The position numbers and the translations under genes are program-made. Below, piece after piece: positions 39,809 through 46,488 of a stretch of 64,000 nt of DNA (the stretch's first letter is position 1; each line of letters starts with the position of its first letter). Location: NCBI GenBank assembly GCA_022508305.1, contig JAFLVM010000001.1, positions 770,341 through 834,340 on the forward strand. The letters run 5' to 3'. A model generated the notes under the pieces. That model did no database searches, was not told where the DNA came from, and saw only the letters and a list, made by a program, of their open reading frames with translations. The DNA comes from Clostridiales bacterium (GTDB lineage Bacteria; Bacillota; Clostridia; Christensenellales; CAG-314).

Positions 39809-41704
39809 TTATTTAAGCAGATTACCCGTTCGGTCGTGACAGGTAAGATAAATGACCTGCGCTGCCGAAAGCTTCTTCAACAAGTCCGTTGCGCGAACGA
39901 AGTTGACCTCGTCAAAGTTTACGAATGCGTCGTCAATGATGAGGAAGGGGATTGCGCCGTCGTACAGCAGCTCGGACAACGCCACGCGGAAGCACAGCAA
40001 CACGATTTCCCGTATGCCTCGGGAAAACTCGGACATGGGTTTGGTCTGACCCTTTTCGCGAATACTGACGGCAAAGTTACCGTCCACTACCACAGACAAA
40101 TCGCTTTGAGTAATGCCTCTCACAAGCTCGCCCGTGCGTGAGCAAAGCTTGGGTAGATAACTGCGCGACAGGTTTTCTTTTGCACGCTCAAGCAGTTTAA
40201 CTGTGTAATCTGCTACGTTAAAGCGGCGAACTGCTACATTTGTTTCTTCATCAACTGCCAAAATCCTGTCCTTTAGCGCCACGCTGTCAAATACGAGATT
40301 TTTCTTTTCTTCAGCAAGCCTGCCCGCCTCGCTTGCGAGTTCAGTCAGCGATTGCGACAATGCGGTAAGGACGTTATTAGCCCCCTGTATCTTGCGCTCC
40401 ACCTCACCGCCGTCCACTTGAGTTTTGTTGACGAGAGGCAACAGCGTGTTACGCTCGCGAACGTCGCCTTGATATTCTGAGTATACGTTCCACAAAGAGC
40501 GTTTGATTGATTGGAAATCTACGCCGTCGGTGTAAACGTACTTACTTGCAATCGTAATATATTGCGCTAAGAACGCGGTGTCGCCGTGGGCAACGGAATT
40601 TACGGATTTGCTCTTGGCAAGTTTAACGCCTACGTATTCGCCTATCGGTAACGCCATACCCAAAAATGCAAGGAGTAAAGCACCTATGCCAATAGCGCCG
40701 GCTATACGAAATGGCAAAATTTCCATTGCGCCCAAAACAGTCAAAATAATGCCGACTATCAGCAAAACCGCGCCAATAACAAGTAACTGTTTGGGGAAAA
40801 CACGCTTTTTGTTCGGTTGCTGTTTTTCTTCAACGATTAGTTTGGCAAGTTCGTCACAACGGGCGAAATCCTCGTCAAACTCTTGAGGTATACGGCTCAA
40901 TTTCTCGTTTAACTCATTTAGTCGCGCGCCTATCCGCTTGTCCTCGTCCGTCAGTTGAGTTTGCGCCGCCTGACGTTGCAAACGTTGCAGTTCCGCATTG
41001 CACTCCGCCTGTCGCGCTGTCAAATCTGCCCTTTCCTGCTGTATTCGTTGCAGGCGTACGTCAATTTCCGCCGAGCGGCGTTCTGCCTGCTGACAGTCGT
41101 AAAGCTTGCGGGTAAGCTCTTGCTTTTCACATTCCAGCTCGTATATTTTTCCGCCGTAACCACGCTCGTAACGCAAGCTCTTTTTGTATGCGCGTAGCTT
41201 GTCCTGAGCCTTGTCGTAATTAACGCTGTCCTGTACCAAGTTCGCCAATCGGCTTTCAAGATTGTCATTTGAAGCAAGCTCCACCGCCTCTTGTGGGTAG
41301 TACGCCGAGCGGTCGTAGCTGTCCGCCGTCAAACCCAAGAGCATTTCGCCCGGCTGTTTCGTCAAATTGATTTCCTTGCCCGTCCGTTCATTCGTCATTC
41401 TCAACGTTTCATGCCGAGCGGCTGAACCGAAAAAGCGTTCAATACGGTAGGTTTCGCCGTCATGCTCCACTACAATGCTACCGCCGAACTTTTCCGTACT
41501 TTCCCATGGAGAGTAGTGAGATACGTCCGTTACACCCTTGGTTTTGGTGTAAGTAAAGCCGTACAGCATTGCGCGAATAAAGCTTGCCAAGGTGGTCTTG
41601 CCAAAGCCGTTGCCGTGCTGCAACACGTTAATTCCGCTATTTAGTTGCAAATTGACGTTTTTAAGCTTACCGAAAGCAACGACGTGAACAGAAATTATCT
41701 TCAT
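39809..41704 (-). CDS. SbcC/Rad50-like AAA ATPase (YhaN-like) with a central two-helix membrane hairpin
   Basis: Walker A GNGFGKTT, coiled-coil-like Q/E/R-rich region, two hydrophobic spans (LLVIGAVLLIVGIILTVLGAM; IAGAIGIGALLLAFLGMALPI, about 40641-40790), and C-terminal FLIIDDAFVNFD Walker B. Confidence 0.75.
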   Translation of the reverse strand: MKIISVHVVAFGKLKNVNLQLNSGINVLQHGNGFGKTTLASFIRAMLYGFTYTKTKGVTDVSHYSPWESTEKFGGSIVVEHDGETYRIERFFGSAARHETLRMTNERTGKEINLTKQPGEMLLGLTADSYDRSAYYPQEAVELASNDNLESRLANLVQDSVNYDKAQDKLRAYKKSLRYERGYGGKIYELECEKQELTRKLYDCQQAERRSAEIDVRLQRIQQERADLTARQAECNAELQRLQRQAAQTQLTDEDKRIGARLNELNEKLSRIPQEFDEDFARCDELAKLIVEEKQQPNKKRVFPKQLLVIGAVLLIVGIILTVLGAMEILPFRIAGAIGIGALLLAFLGMALPIGEYVGVKLAKSKSVNSVAHGDTAFLAQYITIASKYVYTDGVDFQSIKRSLWNVYSEYQGDVRERNTLLPLVNKTQVDGGEVERKIQGANNVLTALSQSLTELASEAGRLAEEKKNLVFDSVALKDRILAVDEETNVAVRRFNVADYTVKLLERAKENLSRSYLPKLCSRTGELVRGITQSDLSVVVDGNFAVSIREKGQTKPMSEFSRGIREIVLLCFRVALSELLYDGAIPFLIIDDAFVNFDEVNFVRATDLLKKLSAAQVIYLTCHDRTGNLLK

Positions 41705-42738
41705 AATTCCACCTCGCCACTCAAAGCCGCCAAGCCCAATTTTACAACCTCGTCCCGCAGCTTTTCATCTTGAAGGTCCATTGCAAGTTTGACGAACTCG
41801 CCGCGCAAGGATATTTCTTGAGCTAAAGACTGCAAATCAACCTTAGCGGTCGTTTCATCTTTAACCCTAAGGGCAAAAAATCTGTCTTCTAAAAGCTGTT
41901 TTGCCACCATTTCTAAGTGCAAACCGTCGCAAGCGGCGCCGCAAAACACCAAATTGAGATAATTTCGCGGCGAGACGTCGGCGATCACGTCCGTTATTGC
42001 CCGTTCTGCCGCCACGTCGCTTGCCAAGTTCGTTACGTCAACTTTTTTGGTGACTACCGAGCGTATTGCTTGACGAACGAAGCGAATTTTGTCCGCGTCC
42101 GTATCAATTTCCACAAATCCCGTGTCTGCGCACTCGTCAAAACCGCGAGTTTCCAATGCTCCGCTGTAGCAGGCGCGTACTCTACCGAATTTGTGCTCCG
42201 AAAAGCCGTGTCTGTGTCCAAGCGCAACGTAATTTGCGCCGCAACTACTCAAAATGCGTTTGTCTATCACGCCGTAACCGTCGTCGTCCACGTCGCCGTG
42301 CAGCACTACCACGTTGTAGCGATCGGCGTTGAGTGACAGCGACTGCCACTGTTCTACGTCGTTTTTCCCCAACTCACGCCCGCAAACGGTAACGTTGCCG
42401 AGGTCGTAGTAGGTCCAGTCGTCGCCGAAAAATCTAATTTTCGGACAAAGTTGCTTGAGCCTGTCGTAGGGAGCGTTGCCGCCGTGATTTCCGCGCAGCA
42501 CGAACCAAGTTGCCGAGCTTGAACTGACGACGTCCGCAACACTTTGTATTGTTTGTTGGGTTGCGGAATTGCCGTCGAACAAATCGCCAGCAACGATTAT
42601 GGCTGAAACGCCGTTGTTGTTGGCATACTCGGACAGGTTGCTGAGCGACATTAGCAACTCCCGCCTACGCAAAGCCGCGTCTTTTACGCCCACAAGCGGC
42701 GAATCCAAATGAATGTCTGCTGTGTGAATTAATTTCAT
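41701..42738 (-). CDS. SbcD/Mre11-like DNA repair exonuclease (YhaO-like metallophosphoesterase)
   Basis: MKLIHTADIHLDSPL, VAGDLFD, GNHG and GHRH motifs. ATGA overlap with the downstream ATPase. Confidence 0.85.
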   Translation of the reverse strand: MKLIHTADIHLDSPLVGVKDAALRRRELLMSLSNLSEYANNNGVSAIIVAGDLFDGNSATQQTIQSVADVVSSSSATWFVLRGNHGGNAPYDRLKQLCPKIRFFGDDWTYYDLGNVTVCGRELGKNDVEQWQSLSLNADRYNVVVLHGDVDDDGYGVIDKRILSSCGANYVALGHRHGFSEHKFGRVRACYSGALETRGFDECADTGFVEIDTDADKIRFVRQAIRSVVTKKVDVTNLASDVAAERAITDVIADVSPRNYLNLVFCGAACDGLHLEMVAKQLLEDRFFALRVKDETTAKVDLQSLAQEISLRGEFVKLAMDLQDEKLRDEVVKLGLAALSGEVEL

Positions 42739-42749
42739 AATTGCCTTTT

Positions 42750-42778
42750 ATTTTACCATACCCCGTCAAAACTATCAA
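42750..42778 (-). promoter_or_regulatory. Candidate promoter of the sbcD/sbcC-like operon (very short leader)
   Basis: Minus strand: TTGATA (42778-42773), 17-nt spacer, TGgTAAAAT (-10 at 42755-42750). The -10 ends only 11 nt before the ATG at 42738. Confidence 0.4.
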
Positions 42779-42875
42779 TATTTTGTATAAATAATAACTA
42801 AAATGTCTAATAGGCGTTAAATTAAAAAATTGCCGTCTCTCTCAGAACGACGTTACCGATAATTACCACACTTTT

Positions 42876-42904
42876 ACAAAATAAAATAGCGCCCCAATAG
42901 GCGC
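42876..42904 (-). terminator. Rho-independent terminator of small ORF 1
   Basis: Minus strand: GCGCC-tattgg-GGCGC followed by TATTTTATTTT. Confidence 0.6.
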
Positions 42905-42984
42905 ATAACCGTCATATATGTAAACTGTACTACTCAAATGCATTTGCATATCGCGGTACAGGTGTTGTAGAAAAGTTGCTGCTA

Positions 42985-43107
42985 TTAGTTGCTCATTTGA
43001 CTGCATACCATAGCATAGCAATATGAAAGAGTGTACTCTGCGTCCAATTGTTGGAACTCGCGATCGTTTTGATTTATCTCTTCATAGCAATCTGTAGTTA
43101 AAAACAT
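42985..43107 (-). CDS. Small acidic protein, 40 aa (MFLTTDCYEEINQNDREFQQLDAEYTLSYCYAMVCSQMSN)
   Basis: Not in the ORF track. SD AAGGAGG lies 8 nt before the ATG (43107). It has its own TTGCTA-16-TATAAT promoter and its own terminator. Hand-translated codon by codon. Confidence 0.5.
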   Translation of the reverse strand: MFLTTDCYEEINQNDREFQQLDAEYTLSYCYAMVCSQMSN

Positions 43108-43163
43108 TTTTCTTACCTCCTTGTTGATATTATAAATTAGCTCGTTGCTTTATTTACCTGACT

Positions 43164-43191
43164 ATTATATAGTTTTTTCGTAAAATAGCAA
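43164..43191 (-). promoter_or_regulatory. Promoter of small ORF 1
   Basis: Minus strand: TTGCTA (43191-43186), 16-nt spacer, TATAAT (43169-43164). Confidence 0.55.
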
Positions 43192-43392
43192 GCATTTTTT
43201 CGTATAAAACAAACACAATCCTGCTATTTTAGCTTAAAAATTCGAATTTCCGCAGCGAATTTTACTAAAATGGACAGTAAATTTAAAATAAAATCACCGA
43301 ACGACTAAATAAAAGTTTGCGGATTTAATCGGAAATTCTTTTAATTTTTCACACAAGCAACAGGGCTTTAATTTTGCTAAAATTTAATTGTA

Positions 43393-43428
43393 CAAAAACG
43401 CCCCGCAAGGCTTAAAATTCCTTGTGGA
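43393..43428 (-). terminator. Rho-independent terminator of small ORF 2
   Basis: Minus strand: CCACAAGG-aattttaag-CCTTGCGG (7 of 8 bp) followed by GGCGTTTTTGT. Confidence 0.55.
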
Positions 43429-43455
43429 GCAGTTAGTGTCGAATTGGGGCGCAAA

Positions 43456-43578
43456 TTACTTGCCGAGTTGTACGCAAGCATTTGTAAGCGCCAAGTTGAA
43501 TACGTACGCGCGTTGTTCGTCGCTAATGTCGCATGCGTCCATTTCTTCGTTGTATTCATGATATCCATATTTAAGCAT
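43456..43578 (-). CDS. Small acidic protein, 40 aa (MLKYGYHEYNEEMDACDISDEQRAYVFNLALTNACVQLGK)
   Basis: These are the last 40 codons of track ORF 43456-43998. The ATG at 43578 is preceded by CAGGAGGTAAACGCA. The rest of the 180-aa track ORF runs antisense to the AraC gene and is rejected. Confidence 0.5.
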   Translation of the reverse strand: MLKYGYHEYNEEMDACDISDEQRAYVFNLALTNACVQLGK

Positions 43579-43746
43579 TGCGTTTACCTCCTGAAAATTA
43601 TTTGCAAATCGCTGCCTGTTGCGGCTGTTTACGTGTTTATTATATTGTCGTTTTGAAAAAAGAGATTGCATTATCTTGCATATTACTAACACAATACTGT
43701 TATTTTGGTTTACTTTTTTGTTTTTGTGTTGTATTATGTTTATGTA

Positions 43747-44664
43747 ATGAACTACCACTCTATTAACGACAAAAACTATCAACAGTACAAAGAAAAGATA
43801 TCTCACGGCACGCCCATGCTTCCGTTTGCGCATTACCACACCAACGTAAGCGAACTGTTGCCTTTTCAGCCCATTCACTGGCATGAGGAAATGGAAATCA
43901 TCAAAGTGCAAAGTGGCAAAGGCATCGTTTCCGTTGACGGCGTCAGGTACACGGCGGAAGTCGGAGATATTTTCATATTGCGCCCCTTCGTTATGCACGC
44001 CATCAACAAGCTTGACGACAACGAGATGATTGCCGACGTAATTGTGTTCAATTTGAGGCTTTTGGAATCGGGCGAGGCAGACGTGTGCACGCTAAAATAC
44101 TTTGCACCGCTACTGAACGAAAAACATTCCGTGCCTTGCATTGTGCGCTCTACCGACAGTTGGTACCGTCCGTTTGATCAAAGCATGACGGCGATACTTG
44201 CATGCGACACTAACAATGAAGGAGCGGAGCTGGACATAAAAGCCAACTTGTACTGGATGTTTTACCACATCTACAACAACAGATTGATGAACGTTACGCC
44301 CAATATTGCCGAGGACAAACGGCTTTATACGGTGAGGCGCGCGTTGGAGTACATTCGTGCGGAATACATGAACGAAATTACAATTGAAAAAATCGCCAAA
44401 CACTGCGGCTACAGCGAATTTTACATGATGAAGCTGTTTAAGCAGTTTACAGGTTCAAGCTGCGTGGACTACGTCAACAACTACCGCCTGACCGTTGCGG
44501 GTAGGCAGCTTCGCGACACGGACGACGACGTCGCCACCATCGCCTATCAAGTGGGCTTCAACAACGTGTCCTACTTCAATCGCCAATTCAAACGCCAATA
44601 CGGCATGACCCCTCGCGAATTCCGTTCCTCGCCGGACGGGCACCTCGAAGGTAGGGACCAGTAA
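43747..44664 (+). CDS. AraC family transcriptional regulator (cupin sensor domain + HTH)
   Basis: N-terminal cupin-like HWHEEMEIIKVQSGKG and C-terminal AraC HTH (IAKHCGYSEFYMMKLFKQFTG...VGFNNVSYFNRQFKRQYGMTPREFR). Start at 43747. Confidence 0.88.
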   Translation: MNYHSINDKNYQQYKEKISHGTPMLPFAHYHTNVSELLPFQPIHWHEEMEIIKVQSGKGIVSVDGVRYTAEVGDIFILRPFVMHAINKLDDNEMIADVIVFNLRLLESGEADVCTLKYFAPLLNEKHSVPCIVRSTDSWYRPFDQSMTAILACDTNNEGAELDIKANLYWMFYHIYNNRLMNVTPNIAEDKRLYTVRRALEYIRAEYMNEITIEKIAKHCGYSEFYMMKLFKQFTGSSCVDYVNNYRLTVAGRQLRDTDDDVATIAYQVGFNNVSYFNRQFKRQYGMTPREFRSSPDGHLEGRDQ

Positions 44665-44710
44665 TTAAAAATTTGAATAATCAAGATTGAAAATAATTTA
44701 CCCGCAACAG

Positions 44711-44742
44711 TTGCCGTTAACCATTGACGGCAATTTGATTTT
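44711..44742 (+). terminator. Rho-independent terminator of the AraC gene
   Basis: TTGCCGT-taaccattg-ACGGCAA followed by TTTGATTTT. Confidence 0.6.
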
Positions 44743-44752
44743 GCAATATAAT
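44724..44752 (+). promoter_or_regulatory. Near-consensus promoter for tRNA-Arg
   Basis: TTGACG (44724-44729), 17-nt spacer, TATAAT (44747-44752), 45 nt upstream of the tRNA. Confidence 0.6.
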
Positions 44753-44797
44753 ATCTACACAAATAAAATACCGTCATCTTGACTTAAATTTATATTT

Positions 44798-44874
44798 GTT
44801 CCCGTGGCGCAATTGGATAACGCAATCGCCTCCTAAGCGATAGATTGGCTGTTCGAACCAGCTCGGGAACGCCA
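44798..44874 (+). tRNA. tRNA-Arg (anticodon CCU), CCA encoded
   Basis: GTTCCCG acceptor pairs with CGGGAAC. Anticodon stem ATCGC/GCGAT with loop CT-CCT-AA. T-arm GGCTG-TTCGAAC-CAGCT. 77 nt. Confidence 0.92.
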
Positions 44875-44907
44875 AAAAACCGCAAGATATTAAATCTTGC
44901 GGTTTTT
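44875..44907 (+). terminator. Rho-independent terminator of tRNA-Arg
   Basis: ACCGCAAGAT-attaa-ATCTTGCGGT (10-bp perfect stem) followed by TTTTT. Confidence 0.85.
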
Positions 44908-45141
44908 CATAATGTTTACACAATCCTCCGTCGTCAAACGGACACAATAACAAAACTTTCGCGGAGTTTTGTTAATTTTTCGCATAGGGTTTGATGAAAT
45001 AAAAGTTTGCCCCCAAATCGCAAATTTGTAAATTTTACTTAACAATAACCAATTTACTTCAGTATATAAATAAAATCCTATTTGTGGACATATTTTCTCG
45101 GCATCTGATGCCACAACAAAAAATATTTTAAGAGGTTTAAT

Positions 45142-45795
45142 GTGTACAAAAGAATTTCAAAAAAACAAAGTTCTATAGCGCGGCAAAGAGCAACGAAAAT
45201 TATTCAAGATGTGCGAAAAATATTAAAGACAAAATACGTTTTCGCGCATAGATTGGTTGGTTCCGGTGCTTGGGGAACAATGATTGAAGATGAAAACGGC
45301 GAATATGATTTGGACTATCAATTATTATTGACAGTCAATTCCCATGTTTATAAACAATCCAAAGACTTTCCTCCCCCTACTGAAATCAAACAAGACTTTT
45401 TGTCGGCATTTGAGCAGGTGAAAAAAGGTCAGGAAACTTTTCAAAACTCCACTACCGCCATAACTCTAATAAACAAGGATAGCAAGCCTTACCATATTGA
45501 TTTTGTTATTATCAAAACTTTTCCCCAAAATGATTTTATAATACGAAGAAACAACAAAAAAGAGACACCCTCGGAAAATGAGTTTACTTGGAATGAATTG
45601 CCGCAATGGAATGATGCCTATGACTATTTTAGAGAATTGTCACCTACGGAAAAGCAAAACTTGATAGAAAATAAAATTATTCCTGCGAAACAAAAGGAAA
45701 AAGCGAAATCGGAAAGCGATCCCTCAAAAATATCGTCTTCTGCACTGTTTGTAAGAGAGGTTAACAATTATAGATGTCAGCAAAAGAAGAAATAA
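45142..45795 (+). CDS. Pol-beta-superfamily nucleotidyltransferase (MNT/SMODS-like), 217 aa
   Basis: GTG start after AAGAGG. LVGSGAWGT (G-S at 45259-45264), EYDLDY (D-x-D at 45307-45315) and a third Asp in YHIDFVII (45499-45501) give the NTase-fold triad. AT-rich. Confidence 0.65.
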   Translation: MYKRISKKQSSIARQRATKIIQDVRKILKTKYVFAHRLVGSGAWGTMIEDENGEYDLDYQLLLTVNSHVYKQSKDFPPPTEIKQDFLSAFEQVKKGQETFQNSTTAITLINKDSKPYHIDFVIIKTFPQNDFIIRRNNKKETPSENEFTWNELPQWNDAYDYFRELSPTEKQNLIENKIIPAKQKEKAKSESDPSKISSSALFVREVNNYRCQQKKK

Positions 45796-46340
45796 TTGAC
45801 TATAATTTGCACGCAAACGAAATCGAGTATTGGATTGCCTTAAAAGGCGAAACAAAATATATGCGTTTTGCGAGTTTGTTAAAAGCCAACGGAATAGCCG
45901 TTGAGTGGAACGTATTGAAAGACACGTATAGATACGATAAGCGGTTAATTGTTAATATCTTCAAATATCTTTCGTTTTTTGAAGAATTTTTACGGGCGCA
46001 AATTTGGAACGTTTCTAAAACAAGTTACAAAAAGTTAGAGGGCGAATTTTTGTCAAAAGCAATAGACGAAGTTGTTAGACTAAAAGAACAAATTCATTAC
46101 AAAGGGTTTTCAGTTGAACTCCTATCTAAAAACAAAGAATTAATAAACCACTTGCGAAATTGCGTCAGCCATAACAAAATAATTTTAGAAAGCCAAAAAG
46201 ACGAATGCAATATAAATGAAATTCTTGTCGCATTTATGCAAACTTTGCCCAAAGCTTACCAGTATGGATTTGCTTCCGACATAAAAAAATGTAGTAAGGG
46301 TTTAAACATTCCATCCTGTTTCGTTATTGAGTTGCAATAA
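45774..46340 (+). CDS. HEPN-domain protein, Abi_2 (AbiD/AbiF)-like, 188 aa
   Basis: YRYDKRLIVNIFKYLSFFEEFLRAQIW resembles the Abi_2 core. HLRNCVSHNKII carries the R-N-x3-H HEPN motif (46155-46172). Overlaps the NTase gene by 22 nt. Confidence 0.6.
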   Translation: MSAKEEIIDYNLHANEIEYWIALKGETKYMRFASLLKANGIAVEWNVLKDTYRYDKRLIVNIFKYLSFFEEFLRAQIWNVSKTSYKKLEGEFLSKAIDEVVRLKEQIHYKGFSVELLSKNKELINHLRNCVSHNKIILESQKDECNINEILVAFMQTLPKAYQYGFASDIKKCSKGLNIPSCFVIELQ

Positions 46341-46488
46341 AAACCAAACGAACATGAAGTGCCCATCTACTTTATTAACATTAGATAACTCAAACGATAA
46401 TTATAAAGAGCAGACGACATTTTGGAAAAGCAATTACTGATTTTTGCTGCACTTAAAATATTAAACAATAAAGGATAAACTATTTGCT

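Noticed and set aside
43579-43998. Upstream 140 codons of track ORF 43456-43998
   Set aside because: They run antisense through the AraC regulator gene and its promoter. Only the last 40 codons follow a strong SD.
44890-45114. 74-aa minus-strand ORF between tRNA-Arg and the NTase gene
   Set aside because: It runs through the tRNA terminator hairpin and has no SD. The region is more plausibly the island's promoter/operator, and it includes a GGCATC-T-GATGCC palindrome at 45100-45112.
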